Shown here in pieces: positions 10,246 to 18,728 of a DNA stretch of 64,000 nt. The DNA lies in IMG/VR virus record IMGVR_UViG_3300027782_000043. One strand, 5' to 3'. The translations under genes were made by a program, and so were the position numbers. The notes below the pieces were generated by a model. That model was given only the letters and a program-made list of their open reading frames with translations. It was not told where the DNA came from and made no database searches. The stretch's first letter is position 1. Each line of letters starts with the position of its first letter. The DNA is from an uncultured virus (IMG/VR IMGVR_UViG_3300027782_000043). Lineage: Duplodnaviria; Heunggongvirae; Uroviricota; Caudoviricetes.

Positions 10246-10260
10246 CTGACATTTTGTCAG
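10246..10260. promoter_or_regulatory. Palindromic operator candidate upstream of dnaK
   Basis: Perfect CTGACA-TTT-TGTCAG inverted repeat in the intergenic region. Confidence 0.45.
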
Positions 10261-10261
10261 G

Positions 10262-10582
10262 TTACCAACTATCAACGTCTGTTAAATCTAATTCTATGTC
10301 AGCTAATTCACTATATACTACGACAATTTGTCCTATACCACTACTTGAGAATGTATATTCGTAGTTTCCATAACTTCCATAGATAGCCTTTATATGACTC
10401 TGCCATTCCTCCAACTTTTTAACTTGATCTTCATCAAGAGTAAAAGTTTTAGTTTTACCTTTTTTTGGTGGAGGTAGTAACATTTCACGATCTTTAGGTG
10501 GGGGTGGCGACATCTCATGATCATTTGGTTCACTGTTTATTCTCAAATACATTTTTTTTATACGTTCTTGATTCTCATCCAT
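10262..10582 (-). CDS. Hypothetical protein with Pro-rich linker
   Basis: SPPPPK / LPPPKK repeats. Confidence 0.65.
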   Translation of the reverse strand: MDENQERIKKMYLRINSEPNDHEMSPPPPKDREMLLPPPKKGKTKTFTLDEDQVKKLEEWQSHIKAIYGSYGNYEYTFSSSGIGQIVVVYSELADIELDLTDVDSW

Positions 10583-10588
10583 ACCCTA

Positions 10589-10792
10589 TTATTTTTCAAT
10601 GATCATATTTGTATTAGCAATTGGAGCTCTAAATTCTGGAATTTTTTTACCATCAAAATCTTCAACATAAACTTCATAATGTTGGTCCATCACTTTTACT
10701 GTTGGGACGTTTTTTTGAAAGTAAATTATATCTCCTTGTGAATTAATCAAAATTACTTCTTTTTTTGTTGTGTTAAATGTTAATGTTTGCAT
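10589..10792 (-). CDS. Hypothetical protein
   Basis: ORF. Confidence 0.6.
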   Translation of the reverse strand: MQTLTFNTTKKEVILINSQGDIIYFQKNVPTVKVMDQHYEVYVEDFDGKKIPEFRAPIANTNMIIEK

Positions 10793-10876
10793 CTTTTTTA
10801 TTTTTTTTATTATGTTCTTTTATCAATTCATTCCAATTATTTTTTTTTGTCTCAAATCTTACAAATATTTTATGTT

Positions 10877-11833
10877 TCATACTCGTCTAAGTCTTGGCAT
10901 AAGTCTTGGAGTATATTGATCAACGTCATTAAGAAATTCATTTTCCATGTGAACTAATGGATAAGTGTTTTCCGGTTCATCAGGTGGAAGTACATCAGGG
11001 ATTTCCGTTTGTTCTGTTTCTAATTCCATTTCTATTTGTTTTTCTATTAAAAATGTATTACAATTTTTTAATTCATTCTCAGAAAATAATGTTTTATTAA
11101 CACTATTTTTTTTATCTAAAAAACCCATTAATTTAGATACGTGATCATACGAGATACCTAAATTAAAAGAATCAATTTGAGAATCAGTCTCATTATAAAT
11201 TGAAATTTGGTCATCAAATTTATCAGAATAACTTCCAAATTTTCTACCGGTTTTTTTATTTATAATATAAATTAAAATTCCATTTCTTGAGTATCTATAA
11301 AAATATTCGGGTTCGCTTTTCATCGCAGTACACCACTTTGTTCCTGACCCATATTTTAACGATGATTCAAAAGTTAATGGTTTAAACATCATAACCTCAT
11401 CATCTTCATAGATAACTAAAATCTCTTTTCTTGCATTTTTTAATAACTCTTTTGTTTTAGCAATTGAAATTTGATTAATAATGTCATCCATAGAATTATA
11501 GGTAGATATATCTTTATTTTCAATTAAATTTTTATCTAAAAGATTTATAAATTCCGGCAACATTTCAATATTATCTGAACCAAGTTGATCAATAACAGAT
11601 ATTAAAAATTGTCTTTCAAATATATTTGTATTCAATAAAATATTCTTAACGGTTTTTTTCCGACTACCATAATAATTATCCACATCTTTGTACGCAGACT
11701 CCATCTTTTTTTTAAAGATTTTTAATAAAAATGGTGTTAGTTTTTTAGTTTTACTAACATCAAGTTTAGAGATCAATTTTACTAAATTAAATCCCATGTC
11801 AGGATTTTGTTGAATTAAATGTTTTATTCCCAT
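10877..11833 (-). CDS. Phage protein with 'YED...WCT...YF.Y' domain (PcfJ-like?)
   Basis: IYEDDEVMMFKPLTFESSLKYGSGTKWCTA..YFYRY..LIYIINK; paralogous to part of 26497..28446. Confidence 0.65.
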   Translation of the reverse strand: MGIKHLIQQNPDMGFNLVKLISKLDVSKTKKLTPFLLKIFKKKMESAYKDVDNYYGSRKKTVKNILLNTNIFERQFLISVIDQLGSDNIEMLPEFINLLDKNLIENKDISTYNSMDDIINQISIAKTKELLKNARKEILVIYEDDEVMMFKPLTFESSLKYGSGTKWCTAMKSEPEYFYRYSRNGILIYIINKKTGRKFGSYSDKFDDQISIYNETDSQIDSFNLGISYDHVSKLMGFLDKKNSVNKTLFSENELKNCNTFLIEKQIEMELETEQTEIPDVLPPDEPENTYPLVHMENEFLNDVDQYTPRLMPRLRRV

Positions 11834-11878
11834 TATATATTTTTTATAAATTTAAAGCAAAAAAATAACATTATCAAG

Positions 11879-12997
11879 TTAATGTGAGTCACTTACATTA
11901 TTTTTTTCACAGAATATACTATAATCAGGGTTGATTACCTTACCAACTTTATGTCTATCACCGGTAACGGATTTAACAACCACACCTTCGTGAGGAACTT
12001 TGGTTCCCTCTATATTGTTATTGAATACGTATTTATCTTGTTTTTCTTTGGACCAAGTCCCCAAATAAAGAACCTCAACTCTTGGTAATCCCAACGATTC
12101 AAAGACATTCTTTTCGTCATGATAAGGTCGGTAATCACCATTTAATTCAACATCAAAACCAGCAAACTTAACATCGGTTAAACCATAATCATAATTTTTT
12201 TGTATACCATGACCATATATCTCACCATAGATGATTAACCCATCACCCAAATAGTCAGGACTACCAAATGTCTTAACATAATCCCATAGTTTATTTTTTA
12301 TTTTGTAATTATCTGCGATCGTTCTCCAAACATCGGTAGAGTAAAAACCTTGTGAATCAGAACCTTTCTCCACATTGTGTGATCCATAAACATATTCGTA
12401 ATTAACCCATTTGTTTCCAAATAACTTTTTGACTCTATCAAAGAATGAAAGTCTTTTCTTTCTTACAATACCATAACGAGCATTTGTTCCGTGAAGTTTA
12501 CGAGTAACAGTAACTATGTCTTCCTCGTTAAACATTTCAGGTGCATTCTTCAAGTTAGGAAACTTGTGGTAGATATGGAAGTTAGGGTTTTGGTAGTATT
12601 TGAATTTTCTACCCCCACTTAACTGAACCATCCTAACTGGCGGTTCGTATTTAAATACTTCAAGTAACTCCATGCAGTCAGAACCATCGTATCTATATTT
12701 TTCCGTAACAAACCCTATTGGTATTATTAAACATTCAGAGTAAACCTTACGAAGTTTTATAGTTTTTACTCTCTGACCTTTACGAAGATAACTTGTAACA
12801 CCTAAGTCATCAGAAAGTTTTTGTGGTATAACCGCATCGGTAGTTGCAATAACAACCATATCACCAACTTCGTATTCACCTTTCTTGGTGATGGCTTGCC
12901 AACCACCAACCAATGCAAGTTCAATATTATCCGCACCTTCTATTGGTATAATCTCACCGATCAAACCAACATAACATACACTATTTAAATTTTCCAT
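11879..12997 (-). CDS. ATP-dependent RNA ligase, DRB0094/Rnl5-like
   Basis: N-terminal OB domain (PIEGADNIE), motif I KLHGTN, YGEIYG, FDVEL, HEGVVVK, KVIN. Confidence 0.88.
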   Translation of the reverse strand: MENLNSVCYVGLIGEIIPIEGADNIELALVGGWQAITKKGEYEVGDMVVIATTDAVIPQKLSDDLGVTSYLRKGQRVKTIKLRKVYSECLIIPIGFVTEKYRYDGSDCMELLEVFKYEPPVRMVQLSGGRKFKYYQNPNFHIYHKFPNLKNAPEMFNEEDIVTVTRKLHGTNARYGIVRKKRLSFFDRVKKLFGNKWVNYEYVYGSHNVEKGSDSQGFYSTDVWRTIADNYKIKNKLWDYVKTFGSPDYLGDGLIIYGEIYGHGIQKNYDYGLTDVKFAGFDVELNGDYRPYHDEKNVFESLGLPRVEVLYLGTWSKEKQDKYVFNNNIEGTKVPHEGVVVKSVTGDRHKVGKVINPDYSIFCEKNNVSDSH

Positions 12998-13000
12998 TTC

Positions 13001-13261
13001 TTATAATTTTTCAAATTCTTCTTTAACTAACTTTATTTCTTCATCCAACTTTTCAAGTACTTTGGATATCATTTCTTTTATAATCTCTTTATCATATAAT
13101 CCCACTTCACCTGGCGTTCGGAATTGACCTCCATACGTATACTTAATTGTAACACCCAAACTACAAGATTTAAGTGCGGATTCCAATTTATGTTTCTGTG
13201 TTTTCAACCTTTCAAGGGTTTCTTTTACTTTTTTTGCTTGTTCAAATTTTTCTAATTCCAT
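13001..13261 (-). CDS. Hypothetical protein
   Basis: ORF. Confidence 0.6.
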   Translation of the reverse strand: MELEKFEQAKKVKETLERLKTQKHKLESALKSCSLGVTIKYTYGGQFRTPGEVGLYDKEIIKEMISKVLEKLDEEIKLVKEEFEKL

Positions 13262-13305
13262 AATTTTTATTTATTAATAAACACCGTATTGGTTATAAGA
13301 TGTTT

Positions 13306-13527
13306 TCATCTTAATACATAACCATGAATTACTACTACCAATTTTCCATTAAATAATGCTCGGTCTGTTTGAATGTCAATATCCATCATACCCAAGTCTT
13401 CCTTGAGTCTATTAGCTTGGACCTCAACTTCGTGTTCCGCATCTTTCTCATTTTTAAAGAATCCAAAATAAGAATCACACCCACCTGTTTTATCACATAC
13501 TCCGTAAATCATCTCTCTTTGATCCAT
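13306..13527 (-). CDS. Hypothetical protein
   Basis: ORF. Confidence 0.55.
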   Translation of the reverse strand: MDQREMIYGVCDKTGGCDSYFGFFKNEKDAEHEVEVQANRLKEDLGMMDIDIQTDRALFNGKLVVVIHGYVLR

Positions 13528-13684
13528 AACATTCTAATTTTATATTTTTAACATTCCACAAATCTTTAACCCCTTCGGTCATATGACAATTATGTTTCTT
13601 ACCTGTCCTATTTCCAAATTCAACAATCATATCATTATGACGATTCTTAATAAAGTGAGGACATTCTTTACACGGTTTTTCCAT
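13493..13684 (-). CDS. Small Cys/His-rich (Zn-binding?) protein
   Basis: PCKECP..HNCH..C. Confidence 0.55.
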   Translation of the reverse strand: MEKPCKECPHFIKNRHNDMIVEFGNRTGKKHNCHMTEGVKDLWNVKNIKLECYGSKRDDLRSM

Positions 13685-13688
13685 AAAA

Positions 13689-13727
13689 CAAAGATAGTTG
13701 TTTTTTTTTAAATAAACAACTATTTAT
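13689..13727. promoter_or_regulatory. Back-to-back divergent promoters
   Basis: Minus GTTG-N20-TATCTTTG (13689-13720) abuts plus TATTTAT (13721-13727), 4 nt before the ECF sigma ATG. Confidence 0.6.
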
Positions 13728-13731
13728 TGGT

Positions 13732-14292
13732 ATGAAAATTATTTTAACTGAATCACAATATTCATCATTATTAAATGAAGTAGCTGATTTTAATTTACTA
13801 TATAAATCTTTATACCCAAAAATGTATAGACAAGTTTGTATGAAGTATTCTAACGGAGATAGAGAAAAAGCGGATGATTTTTGTCAACTAGGGTTCATTA
13901 AATTACATCAAAAATTTAGTACGTACGATGGATCAGGACCTATTGAAGCTTGGGCCAACCGTATAATTGTGAACACAATTCTTGATGAACTTAGAAAAGA
14001 AAAAAGAAGTCCATACAAAAACCCTGTTGACTTTGAACGAACAAATTTAGAAGTAATTGACGACACACCAGAAGAAAGTTTATATTCATCAAAAGAGATT
14101 AAAGATGCGGTTGAAACTTTATATCCTTCACAAAAAAAAGTATTTGAGATGTTCTTTTTTAAAAATATGCCACATCAAGAAATTGCCGAAGAATTAGGGA
14201 TTAGTGAAGGCACATCAAAATCTAATTTATTTAAAGCAAAGGCAAAAGTAAAACAATACCTAATTAATTTAAACAAAAAAAGGGAAGACTAA
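13732..14292 (+). CDS. ECF-type RNA polymerase sigma factor
   Basis: Region 2 (ADDFCQLGFIKL..WANRIIVNTILDELRK) and region 4 (HQEIAEELGISEGTSKSNLFKAK). Confidence 0.93.
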   Translation: MKIILTESQYSSLLNEVADFNLLYKSLYPKMYRQVCMKYSNGDREKADDFCQLGFIKLHQKFSTYDGSGPIEAWANRIIVNTILDELRKEKRSPYKNPVDFERTNLEVIDDTPEESLYSSKEIKDAVETLYPSQKKVFEMFFFKNMPHQEIAEELGISEGTSKSNLFKAKAKVKQYLINLNKKRED

Positions 14293-14303
14293 TCTTCCCT
14301 TTT
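14278..14303. terminator. Bidirectional intrinsic terminator
   Basis: AAAAGGGAAGA-CTAA-TCTTCCCTTTT between convergent genes. Confidence 0.75.
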
Positions 14304-14359
14304 AAAGGTCGACAACGAATTGTCCGACTCCACCAACTTGTTTTACTAAACAAGGAAAA

Positions 14360-14860
14360 TTAACAAAAGTCTATTGAATCAGATATTCTTAACCCATCCA
14401 CATAACGTTCAGGTTTACTCCAAGAATTTCTACTTTCAGGATATTCCAAATAATATGATTCCGAATCAAAACCATCTTCCTGTCCCCACGAAAAAGACAT
14501 TTCAATAAATTCATCCTGGCTCAATTCATCCCCATATTCATCTAAGATACGACCTGATTTAATAAATTCAAGTAATGATTCTTTATCTTTAAAGAACTTA
14601 TCTTCATTGAAATTCCAAAGAAACTTCCACCCCATACTACGTTTACCCAAATGAACTTTTACATTATCAGTAAACTCATCCCAAGGTGACAAATTTTGAA
14701 ATTGATCAGTACCATCTATTCTAAAATTGTTATTAACTGATTCCACATTTAATTCCATTTGTCTAATTCTAGACATAAGACGATTTTTCCTTGTCTCCAA
14801 TTCATTTAAAGTTGGAGATCTATAATAATTTGTTCCCATGTTTATATTTTTTCCATCCAA
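14360..14860 (-). CDS. Hypothetical phage protein (likely start MGTNYY)
   Basis: MGTNYY...HLGKRSMGWKFLWN...DEYG pattern. Confidence 0.65.
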   Translation of the reverse strand: MDGKNINMGTNYYRSPTLNELETRKNRLMSRIRQMELNVESVNNNFRIDGTDQFQNLSPWDEFTDNVKVHLGKRSMGWKFLWNFNEDKFFKDKESLLEFIKSGRILDEYGDELSQDEFIEMSFSWGQEDGFDSESYYLEYPESRNSWSKPERYVDGLRISDSIDFC

Positions 14861-15291
14861 AGGTAGTAGTTTGGGGGATTAACCACACCTATTGAAATAT
14901 CCGTAAACTTACCCCCAATTATAACTCCCATTTCTAAATTAACTTTATTTACATTACCAGTTAAATAACCAAATATTGTATAATTCAATGTTAAAGAATA
15001 TACACTACCAACAGAATAAAACCCGTAATTTTGGGTACTCATTGAGTTATATGTGTATTTATTATTTGTAATAAATTTAATTGTATCAACTGGCATCATA
15101 TCCATTGGTAAACCCATCTCACCAATTCTATATTGTTTAATAACCCAAGTTTGTCCAACCAAAGAGTATACACTATCTTGTGGTGTTGGATTTGGGGTTA
15201 CATATGGTTGATATTCACCAGGTTCAATAACTTGTTTCTCACAAGATAATAACCCAACTAATACTAATGTTAAAAAAATTATTTTTTTCAT
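14842..15291 (-). CDS. Lipoprotein
   Basis: Lipobox LLSC followed by a Pro-rich tether. Confidence 0.7.
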   Translation of the reverse strand: MKKIIFLTLVLVGLLSCEKQVIEPGEYQPYVTPNPTPQDSVYSLVGQTWVIKQYRIGEMGLPMDMMPVDTIKFITNNKYTYNSMSTQNYGFYSVGSVYSLTLNYTIFGYLTGNVNKVNLEMGVIIGGKFTDISIGVVNPPNYYLWMEKI

Positions 15292-15294
15292 ATC

Positions 15295-15579
15295 TTATTT
15301 TGTTACTAATGATTCAATTTTACTTTTAACTTGATCACTTATAGAAATATCTTCCACATTACTAATAATTACGGAATTAATTAAAATTTTATTTGGTATA
15401 TGTACTAAGAATGCATCTCCATTGTAAAAACTCAAATTATTTCCCAATTCAATTGACCCATGGATCATTTTTAAAAATAATTTAAATTGAATCTGATCCA
15501 TAAATGTCTCATCAATTAACACACCCATACTTTCATTAATAACTTTTAGTGTGTATCCTGTAATTGTTTGTTTTAACAT
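15295..15579 (-). CDS. Hypothetical protein
   Basis: ORF. Confidence 0.6.
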   Translation of the reverse strand: MLKQTITGYTLKVINESMGVLIDETFMDQIQFKLFLKMIHGSIELGNNLSFYNGDAFLVHIPNKILINSVIISNVEDISISDQVKSKIESLVTK

Positions 15580-15608
15580 AATCTATAATTTTTTATAAAG
15601 GTAATACA

Positions 15609-15941
15609 TTATTTTATAATAACAAATTTTTTACCAACTTTTTTTAGTGTGCCAACAAAATCATTTTTATGATCAATACCACCCCAAAAACCACTTCCGT
15701 CCGACCAAACTCCTTTTTTATTATTTTTATATACTGATTCATCTTCAAAAATAATGTAATCAGGTTGGTCATCTTTAGACAAAGCATATGCTCTTGTCAT
15801 TTCTCTATGCTCAGATGGTGAGTAATTACCCAACCAATCTTGTCGACATAAAAATGTTGCCTGTCCAACAATAACTTCTTGTCCATCAAGAATAACTTTT
15901 TTGTTGAATTTTTTTTTAAATGTGTGAATGTAAGTTCCCAT
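15609..15941 (-). CDS. Hypothetical protein
   Basis: ORF. Confidence 0.6.
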   Translation of the reverse strand: MGTYIHTFKKKFNKKVILDGQEVIVGQATFLCRQDWLGNYSPSEHREMTRAYALSKDDQPDYIIFEDESVYKNNKKGVWSDGSGFWGGIDHKNDFVGTLKKVGKKFVIIK

Positions 15942-15982
15942 TTTTTAAATTTTAGACGTTTGAATTAATATTAATAAATTTA

Positions 15983-16252
15983 TTATAAAGATTGTACTTG
16001 TTCCATAATGTCAGTAACCTCATCAGGACTCAAGTACCCAATAACATCATTTGTTACAGGAGTATCATAAGTTAAGTCACCATCTTTACCTAAAACGGCA
16101 ATTTCAAACAAACCTTTTGATCCACCATATGAATGTGTGTGAGAAACAACAGATACACCGTATCCATTTTCAAACACCATTCGACACTTCACACCAATTT
16201 GGTACGGAGCGTCTTCAATTTTTTCAAATTTTAAATCTTCAAATTTTTTCAT
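15983..16252 (-). CDS. Hypothetical phage protein
   Basis: FENGYGVSVV..SYGG..GLFEIAVL..DVIGYL pattern common in phages. Confidence 0.7.
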   Translation of the reverse strand: MKKFEDLKFEKIEDAPYQIGVKCRMVFENGYGVSVVSHTHSYGGSKGLFEIAVLGKDGDLTYDTPVTNDVIGYLSPDEVTDIMEQVQSL

Positions 16253-16281
16253 AATATATTTTTTAATTTTTAATTATACAA

Positions 16282-16312
16282 CAAAGGTAATACTTTTTTT
16301 TAAACTACCAAA
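16282..16312 (-). promoter_or_regulatory. Bacteroidetes-type housekeeping promoter
   Basis: TTTG-N19-TACCTTTG. Confidence 0.7.
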
Positions 16313-16320
16313 CAAAAAAT

Positions 16321-16356
16321 AAAAAATCCCATAATTTTTTTAAAAAATTATGGGAC
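16321..16356 (-). terminator. Intrinsic terminator
   Basis: TCCCATAATTTTT/AAAAATTATGGGA stem followed by a T run on the minus strand. Confidence 0.7.
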
Positions 16357-16450
16357 TGTCTTTTTGATTAACCACTAAATAACTAAGAAAGAGGATTTTG
16401 GTTGTTATTATGTACGATATAAATATGCTATAATTTATTAAAAGTTAACT

Positions 16451-16870
16451 TTATTGTAAATTTTTAACAATTATTTTATAAAATTCATCTGTTTTGTTTG
16501 TAATTGGTAATTCATCAATACTATAATACCCACACTCACTATGTTCTCCACCATCTTTTGCGTTATCTAGATCTGGATATATTTTATCTTCAACCTCAAG
16601 ACCATAGACATACATAAAACCTTTTAGGAAGGTACCATCTTTGTTAAATCTATCAACAAACCCAACCAAATTTAATTTATCGTTGATCTTAATATTTGTT
16701 TCCTCAAAAAACTCTCTACGAGCAGCCTCTTCAGGTGTTTCACCATCTTCTATCCCCCCACCAGGGATTGACCATTGATTTGGCATTGTGTTGTCACTAC
16801 TTCTTTTACACAACAATACCTTGTCATTACATTTAACTAATATTCCGGAAAATCTTTTGTTTTTTTTCAT
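16451..16870 (-). CDS. NUDIX hydrolase
   Basis: Nudix box GGGIEDGETPEEAARREFFEETNI. Confidence 0.93.
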   Translation of the reverse strand: MKKNKRFSGILVKCNDKVLLCKRSSDNTMPNQWSIPGGGIEDGETPEEAARREFFEETNIKINDKLNLVGFVDRFNKDGTFLKGFMYVYGLEVEDKIYPDLDNAKDGGEHSECGYYSIDELPITNKTDEFYKIIVKNLQ

Positions 16871-16891
16871 ACCTTACATATTTATATATAT

Positions 16892-17248
16892 ATGGAAGTA
16901 ATAATAAACAATAATCTTTTTAATGTCAAATCTGCAATTACCGATAAAGACATTCAAGACGGAATGAAAGGTAAAAAATTTGATAACGAATTTAACGGTA
17001 TGTTATTTGTAATGAGTGAAGGTACTCATTCATTTTGGATGAAGGATTGTATTACTCCTTTAGATATTATTTTTATATCAGATGAATCAATAATAAAAAT
17101 TTACTCGGATTGTCCACCTTGTCGGGAACAAGACGATATGAATTGTCCCCGATATGATGGTGTTGGTGATATGATCTTAGAGATCAATGGTGGTGACTGT
17201 ATTAAATACGATATCACCGAGGGTGATTCAATTTTGATTAAAGAGTGA
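16892..17248 (+). CDS. DUF192 family protein
   Basis: GM..GMLFV...FWMKDCITPLDIIFI...LEINGG...I.EGD. Confidence 0.85.
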   Translation: MEVIINNNLFNVKSAITDKDIQDGMKGKKFDNEFNGMLFVMSEGTHSFWMKDCITPLDIIFISDESIIKIYSDCPPCREQDDMNCPRYDGVGDMILEINGGDCIKYDITEGDSILIKE

Positions 17249-18085
17249 TTTCTGAATTCTAAAAGGTTCAACTCTATCTTTCGCAATTTTTGCGTAATTT
17301 GGAGATAACTCAATTCCAACCCAACGTCTTCCCAATATTTCAGCAGCAACCAAACTAGTTCCACTACCAGCAAATGGATCTAAAACAATATCATTCTTAT
17401 ACGATAAAATTTTAATTGCCTTTGTTGGGATGTCCATTGAGAATGTTGCCTTAGTCATTGACTTAGTGTCTGCAAAATAATTCCATTGACCAAAAACAAG
17501 TTCCATGAACTCTTTCTTATCATTTTCTTCATAAACAGTTTTCTTTTTGGTGGTCCCGTCTTCTTGTCCAACATCAGTTGGAACACCTGTCCATTCAGGT
17601 TGACCTTTTACTTTTTTAATGTGTTGTTTTTTATACGCTAAAATTACACACTCTTTTGGGTTATAAATGTATGGACTAGAAGGACTCATCCAAGAACCCC
17701 AAGCGGTTGTTTTACTTCTATGTGGAGAGTCTTCTTCAAGATCCACAACACCAAAGAAACCATAACCAATTTCTTTCATAATTTGCCACATTTCTGAAAG
17801 AAATAAAATTCTACCTCCCTTAGTTTGTCTATTGATCTCATAAGGAATGTTCAAGGCAATTCGACCGTCATCCTTTAAAACTTTGTAAGCCTCTGTTAAC
17901 CAATCTTTGGCGAACTCAATATACTCCTCAAACGCAACATCATCGTCATGTACATCATAATCGATTCCAACACCATAGGGTGGGGATGTTACAATTAAAT
18001 CCACACAACCTTCAGGAAATGTTTTCATTACATCAATACAACTACCATTAATAATTTTACCAGTAATGTCTTCTAAATTCTTCAT
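17228..18085 (-). CDS. DNA methyltransferase, N4-C/N6-A, beta class
   Basis: VTSPPY catalytic motif precedes the VLDPFAGSGTS SAM-binding motif. Confidence 0.93.
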   Translation of the reverse strand: MKNLEDITGKIINGSCIDVMKTFPEGCVDLIVTSPPYGVGIDYDVHDDDVAFEEYIEFAKDWLTEAYKVLKDDGRIALNIPYEINRQTKGGRILFLSEMWQIMKEIGYGFFGVVDLEEDSPHRSKTTAWGSWMSPSSPYIYNPKECVILAYKKQHIKKVKGQPEWTGVPTDVGQEDGTTKKKTVYEENDKKEFMELVFGQWNYFADTKSMTKATFSMDIPTKAIKILSYKNDIVLDPFAGSGTSLVAAEILGRRWVGIELSPNYAKIAKDRVEPFRIQKSLFNQN

Positions 18086-18154
18086 ACTTTTTTTTTAATT
18101 AATTAAACAATTTTAATAAACCTAACTATAATTTTTTTTATTGTCAAATTTTTA

Positions 18155-18550
18155 TTAAACTATTTCTGTAATTATTTGTGCTAATTTATATCCTGCAAAT
18201 GCTCCCGCAGCGGCTGAACCAGGAAGAACTATAAACTTACCTAAAATTGTGTCATATTTTTTTCTGTTGACAATATACGAAATTAAAACGTAATACAGAA
18301 CATAATTTATTAAAACTAAAAAGTCCAATTCTTTTGCAACAAACACAACAATAGAATTACCTAAAAACCCCCACATAAAATTTATGAAAGTTTCCCGTAG
18401 TAATTCACTTGGTGTTGTGATTGCGTCTAAAACTGAAATTTCTTTACTAAATCCTGTTTTATTTTTCGATGTTTTCAATGTGGTGTTGGATGTACCATAG
18501 GGCTTTTCTGAGGTCTTCAAGTTCTGTATCTTTTCTTTTTTTTCCTGCAC
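18155..18550 (-). CDS. Membrane protein (true start probably further downstream)
   Basis: Three hydrophobic segments; the N-terminus overlaps the DUF3310 gene. Confidence 0.55.
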   Translation of the reverse strand: MQEKKEKIQNLKTSEKPYGTSNTTLKTSKNKTGFSKEISVLDAITTPSELLRETFINFMWGFLGNSIVVFVAKELDFLVLINYVLYYVLISYIVNRKKYDTILGKFIVLPGSAAAGAFAGYKLAQIITEIV

Positions 18551-18728
18551 GGCTAATATATTTTATTGCATTTCCTAAACTAAACCCCAAATCCCAAGCA
18601 TCAATAACTTTTATTGCTTCGTATTCGTTATTTTTTCCCCCATAATGTTGAGGATGATTTACTTGTTCTATTTTTATCGGTGGACACTGACAAAGTCCGG
18701 TTCCACCACATACACATTCTTTATCCAT
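18459..18728 (-). CDS. DUF3310 family protein
   Basis: VNHPQHYG..EAIKVI..GFSLGNAIKYISRAGKK..EDLRKALWY. Confidence 0.85.
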   Translation of the reverse strand: MDKECVCGGTGLCQCPPIKIEQVNHPQHYGGKNNEYEAIKVIDAWDLGFSLGNAIKYISRAGKKRKDTELEDLRKALWYIQHHIENIEK

